A stretch of 64,000 nucleotides of DNA from a virus. Of the stretch, positions 45,733 through 55,147 are shown piece by piece; position 1 is the first letter of the stretch, and every line of letters begins with the position of its first letter. The stretch covers positions 64,001-128,000 of IMG/VR virus record IMGVR_UViG_3300037470_000672, one strand, 5' to 3'. The notes under the pieces were generated by a model. That model saw nothing but the letters and a program-made list of their open reading frames with translations, was not told where the DNA came from and did not search any database. The translations under genes were made by a program, and so were the position numbers.

Positions 45733-46386
45733 CTATCGCTCCTCTAACCTGTACTCAGCCTCCTCCTCAAAGAGCATGACGAGGCTGATGATGGTGCTCG
45801 TGACGGTGTTCCCGTTCTTGGCTGCAAGGGATTGAAATCTCTTGTATTCCGAGGAGGCTACCCAGATCGACATCTTCACCTTGTCAGCGCCTTGGTCCTG
45901 CCACATGTCAAGGTCGGTGAACTTGTCGGGCGCCTCGACGTACTTGCCCATGAGGTAACGACAAAGCGACCCCTTGGAGTTGAAGCCGTTGCGCTTGGAC
46001 AAACCCTGTTCGATGCGCTCGTAAAGGCTACGTGATAGGTAGAAGTTGACCAGGCGACGACCTGGGGTCGCCTTCGAGACCTTGGGATTCCGATCGAACG
46101 CCTCTGCGGCCATCTCGCAGGCTCTACAGAGCAGGGTGGCGTTTTCGACCGCTTGCTTACCTCCTGCCTGTTCGGGCACGATGAGGTGCAGCTTGAGCTT
46201 GGCTGGTTCATCGTAACCACAGTTGCCGCAGCGGTTTTGACAGCGCTCCCAGACCGTCTCTATGAACAGCGCCCGCTTGCGTTGCTCCTCGGAGAGGTCG
46301 ACCTCTATGACCTCGGCAGGCTCTTCGAGCGTAGACAGGTCTATCACTGGAGAGGCGGTCGGCCGCTCAGCTTCGTCGTCGCTCAT
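45733..46386 (-). CDS. Degenerate HNH zinc module fused to two RHH domains
   Basis: CGNC..LHLIVP...GG....NATLLCRAC; RLVNFYLSRSLYERI and VKMSIWVASSEYKRF. Confidence 0.65.
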   Translation of the reverse strand: MSDDEAERPTASPVIDLSTLEEPAEVIEVDLSEEQRKRALFIETVWERCQNRCGNCGYDEPAKLKLHLIVPEQAGGKQAVENATLLCRACEMAAEAFDRNPKVSKATPGRRLVNFYLSRSLYERIEQGLSKRNGFNSKGSLCRYLMGKYVEAPDKFTDLDMWQDQGADKVKMSIWVASSEYKRFQSLAAKNGNTVTSTIISLVMLFEEEAEYRLEER

Positions 46387-46470
46387 TACTCGTCAGAGAT
46401 ACTGCTATCAGGCAGCACACGCAAGCGGAACCTTCTCGTGAGACAACGGATGTCTAGGCTTGCGTCGCTA

Positions 46471-46845
46471 TCACGACTCGTCGCCGCACAGCGTAGGCTT
46501 GAGCACAGCCTGAAGCGCATCCCATTCTGCGCGGGCTCGTGCAGTGAAACTTGGGTCGCTGTCCAAGTCGCACCCGGACTCGTGTGAGATCCACCGCACA
46601 TGTCGACCGCGCACCGGACCGTTGCATGCGGGGCAGGTATCTCCCGGCTCTATCGTTTGTTCCGGTACCGACAAGCCGTTCTCCTTAAGGCCGGTGACCA
46701 CTTTAGCGACGACGCGCATGATCGCAGCCTTGGCGCTGTTATGGTTGTCGCCGTAGGCGACAAGTGAGGGAAACTCGTAACAGTAACCGACAAAGATGCC
46801 GTCTTCGTCGGACCATTCGGTGAGGTAGTGGTAGCGCGCAGTCAT
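46471..46845 (-). CDS. hicB: HicB-like protein with C-terminal Cys/His motif (start revised)
   Basis: YLTEWSDEDGIFVGYCYEFPSLVAYGDNHNSAK...GLSVP; then CPAC...HESGC. Confidence 0.7.
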   Translation of the reverse strand: MTARYHYLTEWSDEDGIFVGYCYEFPSLVAYGDNHNSAKAAIMRVVAKVVTGLKENGLSVPEQTIEPGDTCPACNGPVRGRHVRWISHESGCDLDSDPSFTARARAEWDALQAVLKPTLCGDES

Positions 46846-46858
46846 TTTCCGCCAGGAA

Positions 46859-47077
46859 CTAGCTTCTGCGCCTACGCTCAATCCAGTCGAACGCATCCTC
46901 GTAACCATCAAGTTGCGGGCCAGCACCCGCTCCCGTTCCGAGAGGCCGACCTACCAGGTCTGGCGGGCGCAGGGGTCCTGGAAGAGGCACGACAAAACCA
47001 CCTGCGTGAGCAGCGGTGGTCTGCTCACCCATCACATCCCAGAGGGACAGCAGGTCCAGGGTCTCCCAATCGTCCAT
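46859..47077 (-). CDS. Small hypothetical protein
   Basis: 72 aa, fills the gap between tube 2 and HicB-like gene. Confidence 0.5.
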   Translation of the reverse strand: MDDWETLDLLSLWDVMGEQTTAAHAGGFVVPLPGPLRPPDLVGRPLGTGAGAGPQLDGYEDAFDWIERRRRS

Positions 47078-47086
47078 GTACGCAGC

Positions 47087-47782
47087 TTAGCCCACGAGCG
47101 AGACTTCATCCAGTCCCTCAGGCTGGATGTCCAACTCAGCAATGGAGATTCCGCTGGACGACGCATCGAAGTCCGTCCCGCTCTTGTACCGTAGCGGCAG
47201 GCAGCCGGAGAGCAGCCAAGCACGCCCCGGCAGCCTACCTGCGATGTCGAACGGGCCAAGGAACGTACCGAGCACACCCGCGCCCGCCTTGAGCGCGTTA
47301 AGCACACCCGGATCGACAGCGCTCTGCGCTATGTCTTGGATGCCCTCCGCTACAACACGACCTCTTGCTCGCGCTGCGTTGTCGAGGGTAGGGGAGATGG
47401 GCAGCCGGGACAGGAAGTGAACCATTACCAGCGACCGTCTGGGGGTCGGTCCGCCGATTGGAAAACCCCCGGTCAACGCATTGAAGTGCGCCGTGTTACC
47501 TTCGATCGCTGTCACGATCCAACGGTAGAAGTCGTGGTCGGTGAAGCGAACCCCGCGTGTCAGCGTGATGGGGCTGATGCGGGCGTTCTTGATGACCGTT
47601 CGAGGGTAGTGCCAGTTACCCTCTTCGATCTCACGTGTCTGCGCAGTGATCTCGGGCGACGTCATGGTCGTGAACCCGGCCAAGGGGTTCAGCACCGGCA
47701 GTCCGCCTTGGACAACGCTGAAGGCGTCGAACAGCCAGAAGGCGTATTGCTGCATGAGGTCGTGGAAGACGGATCGTGCCAT
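47087..47782 (-). CDS. Tail tube paralogue (gp19/gp54-like)
   Basis: GFTTMTSPEI...EEGN...ITLTRGV...FYRWI...CLPLRYK..DFDASSS.ISIAEL. Confidence 0.85.
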   Translation of the reverse strand: MARSVFHDLMQQYAFWLFDAFSVVQGGLPVLNPLAGFTTMTSPEITAQTREIEEGNWHYPRTVIKNARISPITLTRGVRFTDHDFYRWIVTAIEGNTAHFNALTGGFPIGGPTPRRSLVMVHFLSRLPISPTLDNAARARGRVVAEGIQDIAQSAVDPGVLNALKAGAGVLGTFLGPFDIAGRLPGRAWLLSGCLPLRYKSGTDFDASSSGISIAELDIQPEGLDEVSLVG

Positions 47783-47813
47783 AGATCCTTTACACTACCT
47801 CATGTAACGAAGA

Positions 47814-48365
47814 TTACGGCGCGGCGAGCGCCTCCACCTCAAAGTTTTCGACTGAGAAGTCAAACTCCATGAGGTTGATCTCAGAGCTGGTCGCATCCAG
47901 ATCCCCTGCCGGCTTGCAGCGGATCGGCAAGCACTCGCGCAGGTGGTACGCGAATGCAGGCGCGTCGACGTTGATGTTGGTCAGGTTGGGCTGCGTGCCG
48001 TCGGTCGGGAAATCCCGATTGAGCGCCGTGTCGCGGTGGAAGTGGTTGATGTCCACGTCAGCGCGCACCTCCCCCGAACCTTCAACGGCGACGCGCGCCC
48101 AATCCCAGAAGCTCGTGTCCAGACGAGCTGTACCTCGCTGAAGCGAGCAGTCTGAAACGGTGGGCACCCCAGGCTGTTTGCGCGTGTAGACGAACGTACC
48201 TTCCCTGTACTCCGCACCCTCGATGGTGACCTCGGGGAGCGTCGTGGTCGAAAAGCCCGCCTGCGGACGTCCTGCCGGCTGCAACCGCGGCGTGCCGTCG
48301 GGAGAGGTGGCGACGACCTGCCAGCGGAAGGAATGGAGGAAATCCGTTGATTGTGCACGAGCCAA
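47814..48365 (-). CDS. gp19: Tail tube protein
   Basis: AGFSTTTLPEVT.E..EYREG...RKQPG....LQRG...FWDW...DLDATSSEI. Confidence 0.9.
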   Translation of the reverse strand: MARAQSTDFLHSFRWQVVATSPDGTPRLQPAGRPQAGFSTTTLPEVTIEGAEYREGTFVYTRKQPGVPTVSDCSLQRGTARLDTSFWDWARVAVEGSGEVRADVDINHFHRDTALNRDFPTDGTQPNLTNINVDAPAFAYHLRECLPIRCKPAGDLDATSSEINLMEFDFSVENFEVEALAAP

Positions 48366-48388
48366 GGGCGTCTCCTATGTGCCTAGCA

Positions 48389-48406
48389 CCCGTACTTACG
48401 TACGGG
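48389..48406 (-). promoter_or_regulatory. Hairpin CCCGTAC-GTAA-GTACGGG (GNRA loop) in tube-gene leader
   Basis: 7-bp perfect stem, intergenic, no U-tract. Confidence 0.55.
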
Positions 48407-48442
48407 CGAGAAGTCCTGTCACTCTACCAGACCCGTGTCAGA

Positions 48443-49075
48443 TCAGGACTCGGGTCGCAACAGCGCGTAGAGCGTGCCGGCGATGGCGTCGTCGGTCCGC
48501 CGTACGATGAGGCCAATGGTCGCGCCCGGCGCGTCGGTCACCCCGCCGTAGACCGTGTTGGGACCGACGCGGAGTGCTGCGGCGTTGGCGTCGACGTCGG
48601 CGAGCAGGTTGCCGACACCAGCGGCCTGGTCGCGGATCTGAACCGCTTCACCGGCCACGTTGGCCGTAATCTCCGCCCAGATGTCCAAGACGCGGTAGCG
48701 CTTGGTGAGCGACCCCGCCGGGATGACGGGAATGTCGTCCGGCGCCCCGCCGGCCCCCGCCACCAGCGGTACCCGGAGAAGGATGGCGCCAGCAAGCAGC
48801 GTCGCCGCAGCAACTGGCACGATGTCATCCTGGTCCACGCTGTTGGGCGGGGACTGGAGTCCCGAGGCGATCTCGTCGGCGCTGTACGTCACCGAGAGCG
48901 ACACCCGACCTGCTGCCATCTCCGCCTGAAGCGCGCTCAGGTCTGGGATGGCCCCTGCTGGGTAGTCTTCGACGACCCGCGGCGTCCCGAAGAAGAGATC
49001 GATGTAGAAATCCCCCAGGCGGATGGGCGACTCGTCGCCGCTGAGCCCGAGATGCGTGATGGTCAAGTCGGCCAT
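48443..49075 (-). CDS. Putative structural/decoration protein
   Basis: 210 aa between sheath and tube genes. Confidence 0.65.
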   Translation of the reverse strand: MADLTITHLGLSGDESPIRLGDFYIDLFFGTPRVVEDYPAGAIPDLSALQAEMAAGRVSLSVTYSADEIASGLQSPPNSVDQDDIVPVAAATLLAGAILLRVPLVAGAGGAPDDIPVIPAGSLTKRYRVLDIWAEITANVAGEAVQIRDQAAGVGNLLADVDANAAALRVGPNTVYGGVTDAPGATIGLIVRRTDDAIAGTLYALLRPES

Positions 49076-49088
49076 GTGTCTTCTCTCC

Positions 49089-49111
49089 GTCTCGGGTTTA
49101 GAGGCTCCGAG
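49089..49111 (-). repeat. Degenerate hairpin-repeat copy abutting RBS
   Basis: CTCGGAGCCTCTAAACCCGAGAC then GGAG; keeps CTCGG/CCGAG arms and terminal GAGAC. Confidence 0.5.
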
Positions 49112-49183
49112 GGCCTTGGTTCTTGTACTACCGACAGCCTTCGCGGCTCAAGGTGTACGAGGGTGAACAGATAGCAGAAACCG

Positions 49184-52111
49184 TCAACTCAGAGTCTTCT
49201 GACTAAATTTGAAGCGGATAAATTCCGCCGGCCGGTTGGGCGCGAGCCCCACATCGATGACTACCTGGCTGGACTCCGCATTGTTGTTCGTCTCGTCGAC
49301 GATGACGAAGAAGCTCTCGGTCGGCGTGTTGCCAGCAAAGAGCCCATCGTTGTGTAGAGGCGTGAGGAAACCACCTAGCTGGGCTTTGATCTTGGCCCAT
49401 AGAGCCGGTCCGTTGTTCTCGAACGCGATCCAGTGGGTCGCATTGAATACCGACTTTTCGACGAACATGAACGTGCGTCGCGCTTGGATAAAGCGCCATT
49501 CCGCTTCGCTGGTGGACGCGAAGGTACGGGCTCCCCATACCACCAAGCCGGTCTGTGGCGTGTTGATGAGGGGGTTGATGTTCGCCGGGTAGACCAGATC
49601 GCGCTCGCCCTGATCGGGGTTGAACTCCAGCCCGAGCAGGAAATTCAACTTGCCGTCGACCGTACCCGCGGGCGCCTTACCCACGTTACGGTTGTTGTCG
49701 GTCCTGGCGTAAATGCCGGCGACGTGCCCGAGAGCGGGAACGGTGATGGGTTGACCGGTTGGGGAGAGCGGATCGGCTACGCGCACGTGCGGCCAGTAGA
49801 TCGCGCCCCACTTCGTGTTGCGCCCCAGGTCGTTGCGAAGCCAATCCACCGCCTCTTGCGCATCCGAACCAACAGGTGGTTGAAGGATAAGGAAGCGATC
49901 ACCGCCCGAAGGCTGGAACGCGCGCCCCTCGGCGTAGTCGATGAGGTCGCCGGTGATGGTCACATCGCCCACGAAGTCGGGAACGATGACTTGCATCAGC
50001 TCTTCGACACGGTTGAGCGCGAACACCCCCTCCCGACCGGCTTCCAAAGATGGGTTGGTGAACTGGTTGCGCCCGTAGGTGGAGGGGGTGAAGGTTCCGT
50101 CAGACCCTGCGTCCCAGGACTGTACAACAGCAGCAACCGTGTCGTAGGTGACCTTGGTCGTGTCTCCGAAGGTCTCCAGGTGCTGGGTCTCGGTCGGAGC
50201 CGTCCACCATGTGGTCTGCACCAAGATACCGCCTACGATGGGCTCCAGGAGCGTTACATCGAGAGCACCGGTGGTGTAGTTGATGGTGTTGTTACCGGTC
50301 GGATCGACGTCTCCGGTGAGATTCCCGTTGCCGTCATCGGTGACGGTCAGCGTTGTTCCTGCGCCGGTGGTCGTGCCTTCGTAGGTGAGCATGAAGGTCC
50401 GCGGCCGAACAGGGAGACCACCGGATGCGAGAGAGGTGACAATGGTGGAGCCACCTGCGGTCTCATCACCGCCCGCGACGACTTGGCCGCGTCCGACGGC
50501 CTGGAGCTGACCGGGGGCCTCGTTGCCGCCCGGATCGGTGACCGAGATGAGGTCGCTCAACTCGTTGATGACGTCGGCCCAGAAACTGGTCGAGGTCGGA
50601 TCGTTGAAGACCAACTCCTCGAAGGTCTCCTGGACGTCGAACACGGTGGGCGAGGAGCTGTTCCGGAGGGCCACGTTGACGTCGAACCGGCTGAACTGGC
50701 CGGTGGCGACGGTGAGGAAGTCGGCGTTGCCGTTGATCTGGATCTGAAGGTCATCGCCCCACACACCCGCTGAGATCGGGTCGAGGTCCCAGGCATCGAT
50801 CTGGTAGTCGACCAGGATACCCGCTTCGTCATGCGGTGCCGTCTCGAAGGTGATGTCGTACGACCCGTCGCCATAGTCGATGGTCGAGTCGACACCGCCC
50901 ACCATGCCGGTGACGCTGAAACCACCGTCAGCTACTGTCTCCAGGATGGCTACGTTTCCAACCGCCCCTTCCACAGTGTTCGTCAGGGACACCAAACCAA
51001 CACCGCCGTTGGCTGCTGTGATGTTGAGGATCCCTGCGGTGTTCGCAGCGTTCACAGCTAAGATGATGCGGTCTCGCACATCATCCGCAGTAACGTCCGC
51101 GGAGACGTCCACCGTTCTGTTTCCAGGAATGACCCCGTCCGGAACGGTGTCGAACTCAAACACCACCGCCGGGTTGACGCCGTCATCGAGGGTGAAGGTC
51201 TCACCATCGATCAAAGCAGCAAACGCAACCGTAGTGATGGAACCCGTAGCTGTGCTGAGCCCTGCGCCTAACAACTTCCCCGTGGCCCCGTCATCTACAG
51301 CGGTCAGGGTTTCTGACGTAGGGGTGTAGCCCAGGCGCAAGTCTCCAGCCGCTCCCACTCCGGGCGACTCTGAACCGGCGAACTTCACGCTGAGGAAGCC
51401 AGAGCGATGGTCGAAGCGGATCACAGACCCCTCGACCGTCGTGACCGTCACGATCGAGCCGGTGCCAGCAGGGATGGCGATGGTTCGGTCACCGTTGCCG
51501 TCGGGGTCGAAGATGAGCGACGCCGTGCCTCTCACCACCGAATCCAGTGCCTCGTCGAAGGCGGGTAGGCTGCCGGGAGCAATGCGCGCTTCGTAGTCGT
51601 CGGTTCCGCTGACGAGTGCCACGTCGGCGCCGTCGGCGCGGTTGCGCAGGTCTTCGGTCGCGACCAACGTGCCGGCTGTGCGCCAGCGAAGATTGAACGT
51701 GCCAGGGATGACCGGTGAATCCCCGTCGTTCGCCTTGACGACGGTGGTGGCGGAGGTCTTGGCGAAGTTGAGGGTAGCGCCGTCACCTGTCTCGATCTGT
51801 TGCTTGTTCGTCTGGCTCTGAACCTTGGCTTCGCTCAAAACCGCGTCGGACGGAACGACGCGATTGATGAACGCCCGCCGTCCGCCGTTGGCGAAGAAGG
51901 CGGCCATCGAGATCGGCAGCAGACCGTTGGAGCTGATGCCTCCGAAACGCGAGAAGAACTGCGGGAAAGAGGTGACCAGCGTCGCTTCGTTGGTCGGCCC
52001 CTTCTCGGTAAAGCCGACACCACCGACGTTGCTGGTGGAGACAGCCTGAATCGTTTGGACCTGGGATGGGACTTCCTCGATGAAAATCCCGGCGGACAAC
52101 AGCTCTGCCAC
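49184..52111 (-). CDS. gp18: Tail sheath protein with large insertions
   Basis: LSAGIFIEEV...GFTEKGP...FFANGG; C-terminal GKAPAG, INPL...G.VVWGART, FENNGPALW, V.CDETNN-like and PAEFIRF. Confidence 0.95.
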   Translation of the reverse strand: MAELLSAGIFIEEVPSQVQTIQAVSTSNVGGVGFTEKGPTNEATLVTSFPQFFSRFGGISSNGLLPISMAAFFANGGRRAFINRVVPSDAVLSEAKVQSQTNKQQIETGDGATLNFAKTSATTVVKANDGDSPVIPGTFNLRWRTAGTLVATEDLRNRADGADVALVSGTDDYEARIAPGSLPAFDEALDSVVRGTASLIFDPDGNGDRTIAIPAGTGSIVTVTTVEGSVIRFDHRSGFLSVKFAGSESPGVGAAGDLRLGYTPTSETLTAVDDGATGKLLGAGLSTATGSITTVAFAALIDGETFTLDDGVNPAVVFEFDTVPDGVIPGNRTVDVSADVTADDVRDRIILAVNAANTAGILNITAANGGVGLVSLTNTVEGAVGNVAILETVADGGFSVTGMVGGVDSTIDYGDGSYDITFETAPHDEAGILVDYQIDAWDLDPISAGVWGDDLQIQINGNADFLTVATGQFSRFDVNVALRNSSSPTVFDVQETFEELVFNDPTSTSFWADVINELSDLISVTDPGGNEAPGQLQAVGRGQVVAGGDETAGGSTIVTSLASGGLPVRPRTFMLTYEGTTTGAGTTLTVTDDGNGNLTGDVDPTGNNTINYTTGALDVTLLEPIVGGILVQTTWWTAPTETQHLETFGDTTKVTYDTVAAVVQSWDAGSDGTFTPSTYGRNQFTNPSLEAGREGVFALNRVEELMQVIVPDFVGDVTITGDLIDYAEGRAFQPSGGDRFLILQPPVGSDAQEAVDWLRNDLGRNTKWGAIYWPHVRVADPLSPTGQPITVPALGHVAGIYARTDNNRNVGKAPAGTVDGKLNFLLGLEFNPDQGERDLVYPANINPLINTPQTGLVVWGARTFASTSEAEWRFIQARRTFMFVEKSVFNATHWIAFENNGPALWAKIKAQLGGFLTPLHNDGLFAGNTPTESFFVIVDETNNNAESSQVVIDVGLAPNRPAEFIRFKFSQKTLS

Positions 52112-52139
52112 GGTTCACTCCACAGATCGATGAAAGGGT

Positions 52140-52580
52140 TCAGGAGCGACTACGGCGCCGCGATGAGGAGGAACTGGATGAATCGGACTCGCCGACCACT
52201 TCGGCAGAGGGCGTCTCTTCCTTGGGAGGGTCGGCTGGCTTGGGCGCTGTCGACAGCGCGACTGCGGCTGTTGCGCTCACGCTCACCTCCGGCTTGGAAG
52301 CGACCGGCTTGGGCACCGGCTTCTTCGCTTCCTTGACCTCTGGAGCACCTTCTTTGCCCTTCGCCCCAGCATCCGGCTTGGTAGCGACCTCGGGCTTGGC
52401 AACCTCCGAGACCTGCTTGAGGATGAGAAGCCCCTTCTTTCGCTTGCGGATGATATCGGCTGAGCCTACCTGACGCGCGTCCAGGACGAGCGTACCTTTT
52501 CCCGGGACAGACGTAGATGTCCCATCCCGTAAAGAGACTGGACAGGGCACGCGCTTGGGGTTGTAGAGCCGGAAGGCCAT
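52140..52580 (-). CDS. Hypothetical with low-complexity Pro/Lys/Ser tail (start revised)
   Basis: MAFRLYNPKR...; ends SSSSSSRRRSRS. Confidence 0.6.
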   Translation of the reverse strand: MAFRLYNPKRVPCPVSLRDGTSTSVPGKGTLVLDARQVGSADIIRKRKKGLLILKQVSEVAKPEVATKPDAGAKGKEGAPEVKEAKKPVPKPVASKPEVSVSATAAVALSTAPKPADPPKEETPSAEVVGESDSSSSSSSRRRSRS

Positions 52581-52590
52581 TGAAACCGTC

Positions 52591-53358
52591 CTACGTCTGG
52601 GAAAGGTTGAAGACCGGTGCATCGGTGACGGCGGTCTTGGTCTCGTCATCCGTCAGATCTAGCTCACCCTCCACCCGGAGATTGAGGGTAAACCCGATCT
52701 TGCGCTTGGTGACGTCCTGCGTCTCATCCAGGTTGGAGCTGGACTCGAAGAAGCAGTCGTACGTGCGGATGTCCCCGATGGAGTCGAACAGGCCGATCTT
52801 GGCATACGGTTGAAAGCGCCGGATGGCGTACATGAACATCACGTTGGCGTTGTTGCGGGTGGCGGCTTCTTGCCGATTTTCGATGTTCAGCACATACGCC
52901 AGATCGTAAGGCACCGCCTGTTGGCGGTCATCGAAGCTGCTCCACCCGGACAGGTCCCCAGAAACGACAGGAAGGGCACCTTTGGAGGGGGCGCGGTACT
53001 GCCTGGACCCGGGGTGCCAGCGGTTCATCGCCGGATCGAGGGATTCCCTGGACACCCAAAAAACAGGCATCTGGTAGCGCTCGAACAAGTCTTCCGGGAA
53101 GCTCCACGTGACGGGAACGCCCGGGAGCCCGGCGGGAGGTGAAACCCCTTCGACCTGGACGAAGTAGTTGGGAAAGATGCCGAGCTTTTTCAACGCCGGA
53201 TCGCACTCGACGTCGGGGTCTTTGGAGGTGGGGGAGTACCATACTTCTCCCCCCAGGGTCTCAACGATCCCGCGATCGAAGTCGCGCAAAGTGACCGTGC
53301 CGTTCTGACGGCGGCCCTCTGCTCGTTCGCGCAGTTCTTCGAGACCTACCAACGCCAT
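52591..53358 (-). CDS. Tail terminator / sheath stabiliser (gp15-like; start revised)
   Basis: LRDFDRGI, VPYDLAY.L, IGFTLNLRVEGEL; position between neck and sheath. Confidence 0.6.
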   Translation of the reverse strand: MALVGLEELRERAEGRRQNGTVTLRDFDRGIVETLGGEVWYSPTSKDPDVECDPALKKLGIFPNYFVQVEGVSPPAGLPGVPVTWSFPEDLFERYQMPVFWVSRESLDPAMNRWHPGSRQYRAPSKGALPVVSGDLSGWSSFDDRQQAVPYDLAYVLNIENRQEAATRNNANVMFMYAIRRFQPYAKIGLFDSIGDIRTYDCFFESSSNLDETQDVTKRKIGFTLNLRVEGELDLTDDETKTAVTDAPVFNLSQT

Positions 53359-53389
53359 GTGCAGTCCTCTCCTCTGATGCGATCGGGTG

Positions 53390-53839
53390 TCAGTCCCCGG
53401 GGTACTCTTGCTCGGCACGCCGCAAGATCTCGTTGTGGAGCATCACGCTCTTCGCACGACCGAGGAACGCGGCCAGGTAGTTGGCATCGGCAGCATCCTC
53501 ACCCGGCCAGGCGGGAAGCAACCCTTGCTCCTCGTAGTCCTCGATGGTGCCGAACACGAGCCCTTCGGCGTCTTCGATGCTGATGCCGTGCTTCTCCATC
53601 AGTCCAGCGATCAGAGATGCGACGTACTTCTCGAAGGTGTCCGAGACGTCTGGGACGTTCACAGCCCCAACCGTGTAAGCAGGCGTGTCCTGCCCGGACC
53701 CTGCCTCCTGGGGCTCTGGGGACGTGCCGGCGAGGCTGAGGCCCCCGGTCTCGGCTGGGGGCATCGGCATGTTGGCGGCCTCTTGAAGGCGCTGCCGGAT
53801 CTGACCCAAAATCTGGGTCGCTTCGGTGTAGATGCTCAT
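53390..53839 (-). CDS. Hypothetical protein (start revised to MSIYTE)
   Basis: GGGAG RBS. Confidence 0.6.
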   Translation of the reverse strand: MSIYTEATQILGQIRQRLQEAANMPMPPAETGGLSLAGTSPEPQEAGSGQDTPAYTVGAVNVPDVSDTFEKYVASLIAGLMEKHGISIEDAEGLVFGTIEDYEEQGLLPAWPGEDAADANYLAAFLGRAKSVMLHNEILRRAEQEYPGD

Positions 53840-53867
53840 CGTCGTCTCTCCCTGATTTGAGCCCGGC

Positions 53868-54668
53868 TCAGAAACTACCCAGTCTCTCGGCGAAGGGTAT
53901 GTACTTGGCCGCCTCTGCCGGTGTGATGTGTCGTTGGACCCTAGCGGGCCAACTTCTCCAACCCTGATACGAAGCGCGCGTGAACGCAAAGGTCAAAGTG
54001 GAATGCGCTTTGAGAATACCCTGCATCCCACCAGCAATCTGCCTGAGGGCCGGGCGCCAGTGGGGTTTCGCATTCTGTCCACCCATTCCAAACTCCAACC
54101 GCAACCCCTCAAACGCGATGTCCGGAACAGCCGTCTGTTGGCGATTTCGCTTATCGCTCAGCTTGAGACGTACTCCAGCTCGGGCTAACTCTCTTTGCCA
54201 CTTCGACTTGTCGCGGCGTCTGTCTTTCCTAACCTGTTCCACCTCTTTCGGGGTGACCTTTCGTACCACCAACCGCGCTTCGTTGCGCTTAGGAGTGAAA
54301 GGTAGCGCTTCTGCTGTCCAGGGTGAATACTTCTCTAGTACAGCAACACCGGGATGCGTTTTAGCCATCCGTCTTCGGGGCTCAATGTACAAAACGCTCA
54401 CGGAGCCGTCAACTTCACGTACACCCGAACGCCGCGAGTTAAGGCGCACCGCGAATGCAGGAACGACTGCGTTTACTTGAGCGACTTCGAGCGCTTTCCT
54501 GTATTCCTCCCACTCGGGAGCAGAAGGAATGCGCTGGAGAAGCTCTTCGTGTAATCGCTTAGCGGCGTAGTACACGAGCTGGGCTTGAAACGCCTCCGTA
54601 CGCTCGGGCCACTCTCTGACGACGGCAAAATAGCTCCGCGTCCGCTGAGTCGGACAGATGGACAGCAT
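53868..54668 (-). CDS. Basic neck/tail-completion protein (HK97 gp10-like, tentative)
   Basis: KPHWRPAL motif; position in neck module. Confidence 0.4.
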   Translation of the reverse strand: MLSICPTQRTRSYFAVVREWPERTEAFQAQLVYYAAKRLHEELLQRIPSAPEWEEYRKALEVAQVNAVVPAFAVRLNSRRSGVREVDGSVSVLYIEPRRRMAKTHPGVAVLEKYSPWTAEALPFTPKRNEARLVVRKVTPKEVEQVRKDRRRDKSKWQRELARAGVRLKLSDKRNRQQTAVPDIAFEGLRLEFGMGGQNAKPHWRPALRQIAGGMQGILKAHSTLTFAFTRASYQGWRSWPARVQRHITPAEAAKYIPFAERLGSF

Positions 54669-55147
54669 TAGAGCTTTCCGCCGCTGTTGAGGCGCGAGGT
54701 CACCTCCCTGACAATCTGGGTGAAGAGTAACAGAGCTTTGGGGAGGTGCTTGTCGAGGTTGCCCCAGGTTTCTCCATCAGAGACCTCGAAGCTGGGCTCT
54801 GCCTGATCGGTATCCGGGCGGTATTCCGCCAGGTACCGCAGGTGCTGCCGGCAGATCCCTACGATACGGGTTTCAGATCCTTTGACCCGGATGGCGAATT
54901 CCTTCGGCTGCCCACAGACAAAACACCACCGATCGAGGCTCGGCATGATGCCCTCATACTCGGGGAAGGCGTGCCCGGCCATGGGGGAGCCACACGGCTT
55001 GCTCGCTAGGCAGAGGTGTCCGGGAAGTCCTGCATCCCTGGCTCGCCAGTAGTAGATACAGGACGAGCAAACCGCGGAGAGCCCGGCCTCTTGAGCCGCT
55101 TTCATCCTGTCAACGTCCAACCAGCTCGGCTTTGGGAGATGGGTCAC
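54668..55147 (-). CDS. Cys-rich hypothetical protein
   Basis: CSSC, CFVC, C..H candidate zinc ligands. Confidence 0.6.
   Translation of the reverse strand: MTHLPKPSWLDVDRMKAAQEAGLSAVCSSCIYYWRARDAGLPGHLCLASKPCGSPMAGHAFPEYEGIMPSLDRWCFVCGQPKEFAIRVKGSETRIVGICRQHLRYLAEYRPDTDQAEPSFEVSDGETWGNLDKHLPKALLLFTQIVREVTSRLNSGGKL

Noticed and set aside
46396-46424. Possible promoter TTGCGT-17-TATCTC before the HNH-RHH gene
   Set aside because: -10 lacks the conserved final T; too weak
46859-47077. HicA toxin partner for the HicB-like gene
   Set aside because: No HicA pattern (no GSH motif or basic dsRBD-like signature)
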